Of a DNA stretch of 64,000 nucleotides, positions 41,509 through 51,797 are shown piece after piece. The position numbers and the translations under genes were made by a program. Source of the stretch: an uncultured bacterium (GTDB taxonomy: Bacteria > Desulfobacterota_D > UBA1144 > Nemesobacterales > UBA2774). Position 1 is the first letter of the stretch; every line of letters begins with the position of its first letter. The notes below the pieces were generated by a model. That model ran no database searches, was not told the origin of the DNA, and saw nothing but the letters and a program-made list of their open reading frames with translations. The stretch is taken from contig CAWGRW010000009.1 in assembly GCA_963825135.1 (NCBI GenBank), forward strand, positions 224,001-288,000. The letters run 5' to 3'.

Positions 41509-41901
41509 ATGAGAAGCAATACACCCCTCGTAACATCGATAGTCGCAGCCATAGTCACAATGGGCTTGATTATTTCCTGGAGCACAGGCGCGTTCACACA
41601 GGACGCCGGGCCCTGCGCCGGGGACATACAGACGCTATGCCCGGGCATACAGCCGGGGGGCGGCAAGCTCTCCGGGTGTCTCAAGGAAAACGCGAGCAAG
41701 CTGTCGCGGGGCTGCAAGATTCACATGATCAAGATCGCGAAGCAGGTGGAGAAGGTCGGCCAGGCGTGCGAGGACGACATAGCGACGCTATGCGCAAGCG
41801 CAGGGGAGAAGAAAGCCCAGGTCATGCAGTGCCTCCAGTCAAACGAAGCCAGGCTCACTCCCGACTGCAAGTCGTCGCTGGCCGGCGCTATGGGGAACTA
41901 A
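41509..41901 (+). CDS. Secreted cysteine-rich repeat protein (GLG1/Cys_rich_FGFR-like)
   Basis: Two C..DI..LC...CL.....L...C repeats after a signal peptide. Confidence 0.8.
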   Translation: MRSNTPLVTSIVAAIVTMGLIISWSTGAFTQDAGPCAGDIQTLCPGIQPGGGKLSGCLKENASKLSRGCKIHMIKIAKQVEKVGQACEDDIATLCASAGEKKAQVMQCLQSNEARLTPDCKSSLAGAMGN

Positions 41902-41916
41902 GACAGGGACGGTATA

Positions 41917-42174
41917 TCACCGTCCGATTTCGGAAAGAATATAAGCGGCCGCTGATTCCGCCCAGTTCTCGGTGAGCGGCGCTTCCGTAAGCCATTTGGT
42001 CAGAACGCTCGGCCGGGCGAAATCCCCGAGCCTTCCGAGAACGTATGGAGCATAGAACATGGCCCACTCCTCGTGGCGCACGCCTTTTAGCACGGTCTGC
42101 TCGTACTCGTGATGCGCGGCGCCTGCCGCGCGCAAAGCTTCCGTAAGCCCTTCCTTTGTTGGCATATTGCTCAT
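41917..42174 (-). CDS. Hypothetical protein
   Basis: 85-aa ORF of plausible composition (AHHEYEQ..W..FYA). Confidence 0.6.
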   Translation of the reverse strand: MSNMPTKEGLTEALRAAGAAHHEYEQTVLKGVRHEEWAMFYAPYVLGRLGDFARPSVLTKWLTEAPLTENWAESAAAYILSEIGR

Positions 42175-42278
42175 GTGTTTAGTCCAGGGGAATGATAACC
42201 AAAATTTAATCGGAGGTAAAATTGCAGCGCGTGGAGGATTCGTATCCCCAGCATTCGGACTATGGGAACGATTTAAAA

Positions 42279-43712
42279 CTATTTCGGGGCCTTGGCCATA
42301 TTGTTTTCATCGTATATCTCCCATCCGCCGCCTAAAGACTTATAGACAGCGACGAGGGAGGTGTGGAGGTCGGTCTCGCTGGCGGCAAGCTGGGCCTGGG
42401 CCTGCAGCAGCGTGCGCTCGGCGTCGAGCACGTCAATGAAGTTTGCCACACCGAAGTCGTATCTCATCTTGGCGAGCTTCATAGCCTTCTCGCTCTCTAC
42501 TGCCGCTTCGACAAGGTACTTGTGCCTCTCTATCTCCTGATTATGGTTGACGAGCGCGCCGTCCACGTCCTCAATAGCGCTCAGCACCGTGAGCTGATAC
42601 TGGGCGAACGCCGCCTGGGTCTGGGCGTCCGCGGCTTTGACCCTCTGATACACACGCCCGAGATCGAAAGCAGGCCAGAAGATGTTGGGGCCGATGGAGT
42701 AAGCTTCTGCCCCGCTTTCGAACACGCCCGCGAACGTATCCGCCTGGAGCGATATGCTTCCCAATATGCTTATCCTCGGAAACAGGTCGGCCGTGGCGAT
42801 GCCTATGTCCGCCGTGAACGCCGCCAGGTTCCGCTCGGCTACCCTTATGTCGGGCCTCCTCTCCAGAAGCTCGACCGGGGTGCCTACCTTGATGACGTCG
42901 GGGACTTTGGGGAACGGCTTGGGTTCCAGGAGCTCGGTCAAATATGCGGTCGGCTGCTTACCCGTGAGGACGCCGAGTCTGTATATGGCTCTCTTCACCC
43001 TGGCTTCGAACGGCGGTATGAGTGCGAGCGTATTGTTGAGCTGCGCCCTTGCCCTTGAGGTGTCGAGCTCGGTCCCTCGTCCGCCTTCGAGCAGCGCGAT
43101 AGTGAGGTCGAGGGTGTTCTGCTGGTTGGCGGCGTTTCGCCTGGCGACATCCAGCTGGTTCTGCGCGCCCCGGAGCTCGAAATAGTTCCTCGCGACCTCG
43201 GCCAGGAGCGACACTATCACGTCCCGCCTGGTGGCTATGCGGGATTCGAGCTCGGCCGAATCGGCCTCTATAGTCCGCCTTATGCGTCCGAAAAAGTCGA
43301 GCTCCCAAACGGCGTCGAACCCCGCGTCGTAGAGATCGGCTTCCCTGTCAACGCCCGGGAAGACGGTCGACTCCCCGACTTTCTGCCTCGTGTAACTCGC
43401 GTTAAACGGCACTATAGGCGCAAGCTCGAACTCAGTCTCCGTCCTTAACGCCCGCGCCTCCATGATCCGCGCGGTAGCTATTTGTATGTCGTAGTTCCCC
43501 GTAAGCGCGTCCCGGACGAGCCTGTCGAGCACGGGGTCGCCAAACGCGCTCCACCACTCGATCTCTATCGAGTCCGTGGAGAAGTCCTTTGCGCCCGCGT
43601 CCTGAAAGGATTCGGGGAGCTCCGTCTGCGGGGTCTTGTAGTCAGGGCCCACCATGCAGCCAGCTGATGTCAGCAGGAAAATTATCAGTATAGACGCCGA
43701 TAGATATTTCAT
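42279..43712 (-). CDS. RND efflux outer-membrane lipoprotein (NodT/OprM family)
   Basis: AGCMVGPDY, WWSAFGDP, WELDFFG, RRPDIR, YKSLGGGW; ATG overlaps the RND stop. Confidence 0.95.
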   Translation of the reverse strand: MKYLSASILIIFLLTSAGCMVGPDYKTPQTELPESFQDAGAKDFSTDSIEIEWWSAFGDPVLDRLVRDALTGNYDIQIATARIMEARALRTETEFELAPIVPFNASYTRQKVGESTVFPGVDREADLYDAGFDAVWELDFFGRIRRTIEADSAELESRIATRRDVIVSLLAEVARNYFELRGAQNQLDVARRNAANQQNTLDLTIALLEGGRGTELDTSRARAQLNNTLALIPPFEARVKRAIYRLGVLTGKQPTAYLTELLEPKPFPKVPDVIKVGTPVELLERRPDIRVAERNLAAFTADIGIATADLFPRISILGSISLQADTFAGVFESGAEAYSIGPNIFWPAFDLGRVYQRVKAADAQTQAAFAQYQLTVLSAIEDVDGALVNHNQEIERHKYLVEAAVESEKAMKLAKMRYDFGVANFIDVLDAERTLLQAQAQLAASETDLHTSLVAVYKSLGGGWEIYDENNMAKAPK

Positions 43713-46700
43713 TTCGTTATAGCGCTCCGGGACCTTCTGGATTCCGTGAACTTCCTGATGACGACGTAGAACACAGGGGTTAAAAAGAGGCCGAAGAACG
43801 TGACCCCGAACATGCCGCTGAATACCGACGTGCCCAGCGCCTGACGCATCTCGGCGCCCGCGCCGGCCGCAATCACCAGCGGCACCACGCCCAGTATGAA
43901 GGCGAACGAGGTCATCAATATCGGGCGGAGCCTGACGCGCGAGGCCTCGACCACGGCCTCCTCGCGGCTCTTGCCCGTCTCCTGATAGTCCTTGGCGAAT
44001 TCCACTATAAGGATCGCGTTCTTGCACGCGAGGCCCACGAGCACGACGAACCCTATCTGCGTGAGTATGTTGTTGTCCATGCCTCTCAGAAATAACCCCG
44101 TTATCGCGGACAGAAGACACATAGGCACGATGAGTATGATTGCGAGGGGCAGCGACCAGCTCTCATAGAGCGAGGACAAGATTAGGAATACGAACAGCAC
44201 GCAGAGCGGGAATATGAATAGCGACGTTTTACCCTGCGTGACCTCCTGATAGGCGAGGTCGGTCCACTCGAATCCCACGCCCGCGGGCAGTATCTGCCCG
44301 GCAAGCTTGTCCATCGCTTGAATCGCCTGTCCCGAGCTGAAGCCCGGCAGAGTGGCGCCGTTCACCTCGATCGCGGGGAAAAGGTTGTAGCGCACGACGC
44401 GGTCCGGCCCCGTTTCGCTCTTTATGTCGACAACCGAGCCCAGGGGGACGGAGTCCCCGTTCGCGCTGCGCGTCCTTAGCTTCGCGATATCATCCGGCTG
44501 CTGACGGAAGCCCCCTTCCGCCTGCGCCGTGACGCGGTACACGCGGCCGAACAGGTTGATGTCGTTCACGTACACCGAGCCCAGATACACCTGAAGCGTG
44601 TCGAAGATGTTGGTGAGCGGGACGTCCAGTTTCTTTGCCTTGGTCCTGTCGACCTCGGCGTATATCTGTGGCGTCTTCGTACTGAACGTGGTGTACACCC
44701 TCGTCAGGCCCGGCTCCTTGTTCGCGGCCCCGATCAGGGCGTAGGCCGCCTTCTCGAGCTCCTTTAAGCCCACGCCGGAGCGGTCCTGGACCATCATCTT
44801 GAACCCGCCCGCCGTGCCTAGTCCCCTGACCGGCGGGGGAGAGATGACTATCAATCTCGCTTCCTGTATAACCGAGAGCCTCTGGCTCAAGTCCGCGATT
44901 ATCTGATCGAGCGTGGGGCCGTTCCTGGCCCTCTCGCTGAACGGGTCGAGCGGGGTGAATATGACGCCCGCGTCCGAGCTGTTCGAGAACGTGGACCCGG
45001 AGAAGCCCGCAAACCCTACCGCATAGGCGATGCCCGGCGTATCGAGGATGATCTTTGTCGCGCGGGCGATGACGGCGTCGGTCCTCTCGAGGGACGCGCC
45101 GTCCGGAAGCGCTACGTCCACGATGAGATACCCCTGGTCCTGAGCGGGAATGAACCCTGAAGGCACCCTCGTGAACCCGATGTACGTGAGTCCGATGAGC
45201 CCGCAATAAACGATTATGGCAATGGTGCTGAAGCGCAAAAGCCTGTTGACGGAGCTTCCGTAAGATTTTGACGCACGGGCGAAGAAGCGGTTGAAACCGC
45301 CGAACACCTTCTTGAGAGCCAGGTTTACGTAAGGCCCCGCGAACCATCCGGCGGCGCATCCGGCGGCGAATAACACGATCCGGACCGCCCAAAGGGCCGC
45401 AGTGCTTTCAGAAGTCGCCGCGGGGTCGTAACCGTTTCCGGGAATATGTATTCCGAGAAGAGAAGCAACATAACCTGTCAGCAGTGAATACGCCGCGAAG
45501 CCCGCAATTGCGGCTATGCCCACGCGCGGCAGCGGCTCCTGCTTTTCGGCCTCGCTATCGGGCTTGATGAGCTGTACCGCCCTGGCCGGCGCGAGGGTAA
45601 GCGCGTTTACGGCGGACAGGATAGTAGATACCGCGATAGTGAGCGCGAACTGCTTATAGAACTGGCCGCTTATGCCGGGGAGGAACGCGGTCGGTATGAA
45701 CACCGAGCTTAGCACGAGGGTGATGGCGAGCACCGGGCCCGTGATCTCGGCCATTGCTTTTAACGTGGCCTCCCTGGGCTCGAGTCCTTTCGACATCCAG
45801 CGCTTGATGTTCTCGACGACGACGATAGAGTCGTCCACCACGATGCCTATCGCGAGCACGAGGCCGAACATCGAGAGGTTGTTGAGCGAAAACCCGAAGG
45901 CCGACATGACGGCGAACGTGCCGACGAGAGACACTACCGCGTCTATCATCGGCAGGAGCGCGGCCTTCCAGTCCTGAAGGAATATTATGACGACTATGAA
46001 AACGAGCATGAACGCAACGAAGAGAGTGTGGTACACCTCGTTTATGGATTGCTGTACGAATATCGTCGGGTTGTAGACGATCCTGTATTCGAGTCCCTTG
46101 GGGAAGTCCTTGCTGATCCGGGCCATAGTTTTCTCGACGGCCTGTGCCGTGGCGAGCGCGTTTGACCCGGGGAGCTGGAATATGCCGATAGCCTGTGCGG
46201 GCTTGCCGTCGAGGTAACTGTTGACGCCGTAGTCCCTCGCTCCGAGCTCTACGCGCGCCACATCCTTTAAGCGGACGATACGCCCTTCTTCGCCCGTCTT
46301 GATGACTACGTCTGAGAACTGATCGGCCTCCACGAGCCTCCCGAGCGTGTTGACCGAGAGCTGGTACGCGTTGCCCTGGGGCACCGGAGGCTGCCCTATG
46401 ACGCCCGCGGCGACCTCGACGTTCTGCTCGCGGAGCGACTGCACTACATCGCTCACGGTCATGCCCATCGAGTATAGCTTCTCGGGGTCGAGCCACACCC
46501 TCATGCTGTATTCGCGCGCCCCGAACACGGTAACATTGCCCACGCCCTTTATGCGCGTGAGCACGTCATAGACGTTTATAAGTGCGTAGTTGCTTATGTA
46601 GAGCTGATCGTAGGTGTTATCGGGCGATACGAGGTGGACGACCAGCAGCATGTCGGGAGAGCTTTTCCTGACTATGACGCCTATGCGCCTCACCTCCTCC

Positions 46701-47059
46701 GGCAGCCTGGGTTCGGCCACGGCGATCCTGTTCTCGACCAGTACCTGGGCCTTGTCGATATCGGTCCCGAGCTCGAACGTTATGGTGAGCTGCATCTGGC
46801 CGTCGCTCGTCGACTGGGAGGACATGTAGAGCATGTCCTCGACGCCGTTTATCTCCTGCTCGAGCGGCGTGGCTACGGTATCCGCAATGACCTCGGGGTT
46901 AGCACCCGGGAAACTCGTGCGCACGACTATCGTCGGCGGAGTAACCTCCGGGTACTGGCTTACGGGCAGCGTGAAGTAGGCGATCAAACCGACAATTACG
47001 ATAAGGACCGAGAGCACGGTGGCGAATATCGGCCTGTCTACGAAAAACCGGGAGACCAT
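43709..47059 (-). CDS. HAE1 RND efflux permease (MexF/AcrB-like)
   Basis: FFVDRPIFA, AIGIVVDDSIVVVEN, KNAILIVEFA, RLRPILMTS. Confidence 0.97.
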   Translation of the reverse strand: MVSRFFVDRPIFATVLSVLIVIVGLIAYFTLPVSQYPEVTPPTIVVRTSFPGANPEVIADTVATPLEQEINGVEDMLYMSSQSTSDGQMQLTITFELGTDIDKAQVLVENRIAVAEPRLPEEVRRIGVIVRKSSPDMLLVVHLVSPDNTYDQLYISNYALINVYDVLTRIKGVGNVTVFGAREYSMRVWLDPEKLYSMGMTVSDVVQSLREQNVEVAAGVIGQPPVPQGNAYQLSVNTLGRLVEADQFSDVVIKTGEEGRIVRLKDVARVELGARDYGVNSYLDGKPAQAIGIFQLPGSNALATAQAVEKTMARISKDFPKGLEYRIVYNPTIFVQQSINEVYHTLFVAFMLVFIVVIIFLQDWKAALLPMIDAVVSLVGTFAVMSAFGFSLNNLSMFGLVLAIGIVVDDSIVVVENIKRWMSKGLEPREATLKAMAEITGPVLAITLVLSSVFIPTAFLPGISGQFYKQFALTIAVSTILSAVNALTLAPARAVQLIKPDSEAEKQEPLPRVGIAAIAGFAAYSLLTGYVASLLGIHIPGNGYDPAATSESTAALWAVRIVLFAAGCAAGWFAGPYVNLALKKVFGGFNRFFARASKSYGSSVNRLLRFSTIAIIVYCGLIGLTYIGFTRVPSGFIPAQDQGYLIVDVALPDGASLERTDAVIARATKIILDTPGIAYAVGFAGFSGSTFSNSSDAGVIFTPLDPFSERARNGPTLDQIIADLSQRLSVIQEARLIVISPPPVRGLGTAGGFKMMVQDRSGVGLKELEKAAYALIGAANKEPGLTRVYTTFSTKTPQIYAEVDRTKAKKLDVPLTNIFDTLQVYLGSVYVNDINLFGRVYRVTAQAEGGFRQQPDDIAKLRTRSANGDSVPLGSVVDIKSETGPDRVVRYNLFPAIEVNGATLPGFSSGQAIQAMDKLAGQILPAGVGFEWTDLAYQEVTQGKTSLFIFPLCVLFVFLILSSLYESWSLPLAIILIVPMCLLSAITGLFLRGMDNNILTQIGFVVLVGLACKNAILIVEFAKDYQETGKSREEAVVEASRVRLRPILMTSFAFILGVVPLVIAAGAGAEMRQALGTSVFSGMFGVTFFGLFLTPVFYVVIRKFTESRRSRSAITK

Positions 47060-47062
47060 TAA

Positions 47063-48278
47063 TTACCCTCCAGTATTGCTCTCGGGATCTTTTATTACGA
47101 TTCCGGGTGTGAGGAAATTCTTTTCCTTGACGACTATCTCTTCTTCGACGGGGCTTACCTTCATCCCGGGCATCGCCCTCTGAAGCCCGTTGACTATTAT
47201 CCGGTCATCCGGGCCAACGCCCTGTCTTATCACCCTCAACCCGTTCACCCTGGGCCCGAGAGTGACCTGGCGGTACTCGACCGTATCTTCGGGGTTGACC
47301 ACCATGACAAACTTCTGTGACTGGTCGCTCCCGACCGCCTCGTCGGGCACGAGCAATGCCTTGTACTGCCCGCTGCCCGTGATCTTCATCCGGGCGAAGA
47401 GTCCCGGTGTGAGCGTGTTGTCCGGATTGGGGAATACACCCCTTCCTCTGATAGTCCCGGTATTCGGATCCATCCTGTTGTCTATGAAGTCGACGTATCC
47501 CTTGTGCGGATAGCCCGTCTCGTTAGAGAGCTCCATGAAGGCCGGGCTTTCACCCTTCCTGGAGTCGGGCATCTTCCCCTCCTTCTCGAGGTTGGTGTAT
47601 CTGAGATAAGACTGCTCGTCGGCCTCGAAGTAGCAGTAAACCGGGTCGAGCGAAACTATGGTGGTGAGGAGCGTGCCGCCCGTGCCGCCGTTAATAAGGT
47701 TCCCTTCCGTTACGAATTTCCTGCTGATGAGACCGGTTATCGGGGCCCTCACCTGCGTGAACTCGACGTTTAGCCTGGCGGCGTTAACGTCGGCCTGCTG
47801 CCTGCTCGACGGACGCCTCGGCTACCTGCTCGTCGGAAGCCCTGGTGTCGGCCTCTTCTTCCGAGATCGCCCGCGCGCCCAGGAGGTGCTTCGCGCGACT
47901 GAGGTCGTTCTCCGCGAGAGAAAGGCGGGCTTTCGCGAGCTTTGACTGGGCCAGGGCCCGGTCAAGCTCGGCCTGATAGGGCCTCGGGTCGATTACGAAA
48001 AGCAGGTCGCCCTTTTTCACCGTCTGTCCGTCCTTAAAATGTATGGATTCCAGATAGCCGCTTACGCGCGCCCTCACATCCACCGTATCGACGGCTTCGA
48101 GCCGCCCCGTATATTCGTCCCACTCCACTATCTCCTCGGCTACGGGCTTGCTCACCGTAACCTTGGGCGGCGGGGGCGGGGGGGCTTGACCCTGCTTGCA
48201 AGCGCTAAGCGTTAAACCCAGAACAGCGAAAACGAGTAAAGCCAGACCGGTCCGTAAAATAGTCATATGCATCTGCAT
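47063..48278 (-). CDS. RND membrane fusion protein (MexE-like), +1 frameshift near 47800
   Basis: LSAC lipobox, VRARVSGYL and IDPRPYQ, then RAPITG, TGTIRGR, PGLFAR. Confidence 0.92.
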
Positions 48279-48351
48279 CGCGTCCTTTTGTTATACTTTA
48301 GGGTTAATCAAGTTATAATTTTTCCGATATAATTCAATAATCACGGCATAT

Positions 48352-48405
48352 TGTAAGTAAGTACTTACTTACATAGAACCTACCAGCCCAGTTACTATGT
48401 GTCAA
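48352..48405 (-). promoter_or_regulatory. sigma70 promoter and perfect 22-bp palindromic operator of the RND operon
   Basis: Minus strand TTGACA (48405-48400)-17 bp-TAGGTT with extended TG; TGTAAGTAA-GTAC-TTACTTACA at 48352-48373. Confidence 0.8.
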
Positions 48406-48652
48406 GGCGGACGCCGTTATGAAGACAAAGCTGCGGATGCCCGAGCGGGAAAGCCCTTCGCCGGCTGTGCGCCCGGTAATCGCGTGTCATAGCAAGTTCG
48501 ATGCGTTCCGGCAAAAAAAGATTCCGCTCGTTTCACTTTGCGTATTCCTTCCTACTCTCTTGAGAAACCATATGAAAAAGCTAACTTAAAACATTGGCCG
48601 GTTTCCGGCGGCTTGAAATATTCAGGTATAAATCCCCGGACCCTATATGGAC

Positions 48653-49876
48653 TCAAACTTTATATCTACTGAACTCGAGCATAAGCTGCTTCAGGTATTC
48701 CGATCCCGAATCCGCTATCCGGTTCTTGATGTTTTTCCATTCATCGATAGGGATTTCTAAAAATATGTCGACCACTCGGGGATCGAACTGGGAGCCTGAA
48801 GCCTCGGTTATCCTCTGAACGGCATCCTCGAATGGAAGAGCCTGCCTGTAACTTCTTCTGGAAGTCATAGCGTCAAGGGCGTCCACTACAGAAAATATCC
48901 TCGCGCCGAGCGGTATATCATCCTTCGACATCCCCGCCGGGTACCCTCGTCCGTCGTACCTCTCATGATGAGTATGAACTATCGCAGCCGACTCATCGAG
49001 AAAATCTATGTTCTTAAGCAGCTTATAGCCAAATTCCGCATGCTTCCTCATCAGTTCCCATTCTTCATCGGTGAGCTTGTCCGATTTGAGCAAGATATGG
49101 TCGGGAATGCCGATCTTCCCGATATCGTGCAGGAGAGCGCCTTTGGCTATCACCGACAACTCTTCATCGTTCAGTTTCGCATGTTTTCCGAGATTGACCG
49201 CGTACTCGGTGACCCTGTATGAGTGATAACCCGTTTCATGCTCCCTCAGGTCGAGCGCGAGTATCATGGCTTCGAGTGTTCCGGAATACGCTCGTACAAG
49301 CTCATTCTGCTGCTCCCTTATCGCCTGAGTCGCCTCCTGAACCTTCTCATTCAAAGTCTCATTGAACCTCTTTGTCTGCTCGAGCAGCTCGATGTTGCTC
49401 CTGTGCGTGTCTTCTATGTTCTGAAGCATTTCGTTGAACGAGCCCGCGAGTATGGAGATCTCGTCTGCTTCTCCGACGCTCTTGATCCTGTAGGAGTAAT
49501 CCCCCTTCTTCACGGTCTTTGTCGCGTTTATCAGCCGCTCTATGGGTCTTGTGATCTTGGCCGGAAATAGTATCGCTATTATTCCGGCGAAAACGAGAGA
49601 TACGCCGACAATGATCAATACATATCTGTAATTGTATTTGAGCTGCTCATCGACTAGTGCTACTGCCCGGTCGACTATCTCTTTACCGAACCCCGGGTCA
49701 GACTCTATCTTATTATCCGGGTTCGAGAACAATTTATAGAGAGTGGAATAGCGCCCTTCAAGGTTCGAAGCCGCGTCGTTCAATCTATAGACGTTGTATA
49801 TGAAGAGGCCCCCTATAATGATCATAAGAATCAGCATGAGGCCGAACCCGAGTCTGATCTGTTTACTGAGCTTCAA
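48653..49876 (-). CDS. HAMP + HD-GYP domain c-di-GMP phosphodiesterase
   Basis: Two TM helices, HAMP, HSYRV, LLHDIGKIG, HHERYDGRGYP. Confidence 0.93.
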   Translation of the reverse strand: MKLSKQIRLGFGLMLILMIIIGGLFIYNVYRLNDAASNLEGRYSTLYKLFSNPDNKIESDPGFGKEIVDRAVALVDEQLKYNYRYVLIIVGVSLVFAGIIAILFPAKITRPIERLINATKTVKKGDYSYRIKSVGEADEISILAGSFNEMLQNIEDTHRSNIELLEQTKRFNETLNEKVQEATQAIREQQNELVRAYSGTLEAMILALDLREHETGYHSYRVTEYAVNLGKHAKLNDEELSVIAKGALLHDIGKIGIPDHILLKSDKLTDEEWELMRKHAEFGYKLLKNIDFLDESAAIVHTHHERYDGRGYPAGMSKDDIPLGARIFSVVDALDAMTSRRSYRQALPFEDAVQRITEASGSQFDPRVVDIFLEIPIDEWKNIKNRIADSGSEYLKQLMLEFSRYKV

Positions 49877-50031
49877 TTAATTGATCTCCCAACCCCCATC
49901 GAATTAGAAGTAAAATAATTCTACCCGCTTTTCTTACAGAAAATTATATGTGTTCAAAAAGTGAAATTAACAATCTCTTAGAGGAATAGGACAAAGTAAA
50001 TCTAAGAAGTGGTGGATCTTGCTGAGATAAT

Positions 50032-50068
50032 TGGCAGCGGGGGGAGGATTTGAACCTCCGGCCTTCGG
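50032..50068 (-). other. 3' fragment of initiator tRNA-Met (att-like remnant 1)
   Basis: Minus strand CCGAAGGCCGGAGGTTCAAATCCTCCCCCCGCTGCCA = T-arm, acceptor 3' strand and CCA; no 5' half. Confidence 0.75.
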
Positions 50069-50091
50069 CTTCCGTATCCGAGGCCCCTCTT

Positions 50092-51571
50092 TCATTTCCC
50101 AAACCTCTTAAAGTCGATATATCCGTGCTCCACATCGGTTCGGACGAGCTTCACGCGGAGCCTGTGGCCGACGTCGAGCCCCTCAAACCCTTTCACCAGC
50201 TTACCCTCGACGGGCAGCTGGAGCAGACGGACCCACGTACCCTTCTCGGATGCGCCGGTTACGATGGCATCGAACCGCTCTCCGATTCTCGGTTCAAGCA
50301 GTATTGCTGCGGCAGATTTTCCGATCTGACGTTCGACCTTCCTTGCCGCGTCCTCCTGTTCCGTACAATGCTCCGCGAGCGCCAGTAATTCATCGTTCTC
50401 ATAGGGCGAGGGACGTCCTGCCACTGCTGCTTTCAGCAGCCGCTGGGTGATCAGATCGGGATACCTGCGGTTAGGTGCCGTGGAGTGACTGTAATCACTG
50501 ACCGCGAGACCGAAGTGCCCGGGCGCGCTTTCGCCCTGTAATTGGGCGACGTATTCACCGCTGCCCATCATCTTGATGACGCTGAGGGAAAGATCGGGGA
50601 ACCGGAGAGGATCGGCGGCTTTCGCCCATTCCAGGAATTGCTCCAGGGCTTTGGAGTCGGGCTTCGGGGTTAGCGTGAAGCCCCGCTCCGAGGCGATCTC
50701 GATGATCCGGTCCCAGCGTTCGGGCGTGCGGACAACGCGCCTGCAGCGATGGAAACATTTTGGACTCGAGGTACCGTGCGGTAACGCCGTTCGCGGCGAC
50801 CATAAAGTCTTCGATAAGCTCCTTGGCCCTGTTCTTGCTTTCGGCTGCAAAGTCCCTGATAACATTTCCGTCAAACACCGGATGCGCTTTAATTGTTTCG
50901 AGGTCGAGCGCGCCGTTTGAGTGCCTGAGGGCCTTTAGCTTCTGCGCCACACGGTCCTGGAGCCGGAGATTCTCGTCAAGACCGTCCACCGCTTCGACCC
51001 CTTGCGGCATGGGCCCGTTACCCTCAAGCCAGTCCCCGACGCTGTTGTAGGCAAGCTTTGCGCGGTTGCGGACAATCGCTCCATAAATGCTCGAAGACTG
51101 AAGAGTTCCATCCCCGGCGACGACCATTTCTACAACGACGGCAAGGCGGTCTGATTCATAGTTGAGAGAGGTAAGATCGGTCGAGAGTTTCTCGGGAAGC
51201 ATCGTAAATATCTCGGCGGCGGTGTAGACCGAGGTGGTGTTCTGCCAGGCGTGATCGTCAATTGCCGACTTCTTCTTTACCATAGCGTCAACATCGGCGA
51301 CGGCGACAAGGATCTTAACGGCCCCTCCGGTCATGGCTTCGGCGACGGTAAGCTGGTCCAAATCACGCGAATCATCGTTGTCTATCGAGCACCAGATAAG
51401 GTCACTGAGATCGCGCGCGGACTCGTCAGCTTGTGCCGCAGGCCCGTGGATTCTGTCGAGCTCGTCGAGCTCCTCGGGCGAGAAATCCGGATTTAGTCCT
51501 CTTTCAAACATCGCCCGCCGCGCTAGTCTTTGTAATATTAAGCGGTGATTTCCGTCATCGGTGGCCGTCAT
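50092..51571 (-). CDS. RNB-domain ribonuclease (RNase II/R-like), +1 frameshift near 50745
   Basis: SIDNDDSRDLDQL, LIEDFMVAAN, HFGLA..YSHSTAPNRRYPDL. Confidence 0.9.
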
Positions 51572-51688
51572 AATTTCACTCCCTTAAAAAATACATCACC
51601 TTTTACGCTATGATAATGTAGCCAATAATAATTATTCTTAAAAGAGTATAGGCTTTGAATGGATAGCTGCGCAGGTTATTGATGTAAT

Positions 51689-51724
51689 TGGTAGCGTGGG
51701 GAGGATTTGAACCTCCGACCTTCG
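51689..51724 (-). other. 3' fragment of initiator tRNA-Met (att-like remnant 2), left border of the AT-rich island
   Basis: Minus strand CGAAGGTCGGAGGTTCAAATCCTCCCCACGCTACCA; no 5' half. Confidence 0.75.
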
Positions 51725-51797
51725 CGGGCATATTTCGACTTACTCTATTTTTCAACCGGTTGAAAAGTGGAGTAATTCAAAGAACCACCCTTTAAAG

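Noticed and set aside
585..47513. Many long overlapping or antisense ORFs in the track (e.g. 7052-8065, 18606-19583, 22649-23668, 44490-45392)
   Set aside because: Shadow frames of GC-rich genes, with Arg/Gly/Pro-rich composition and no motifs.
50032..51724. Functional tRNA genes
   Set aside because: Only the T-arm and acceptor 3' strand are present; there is no D-arm, anticodon arm or 5' acceptor strand.
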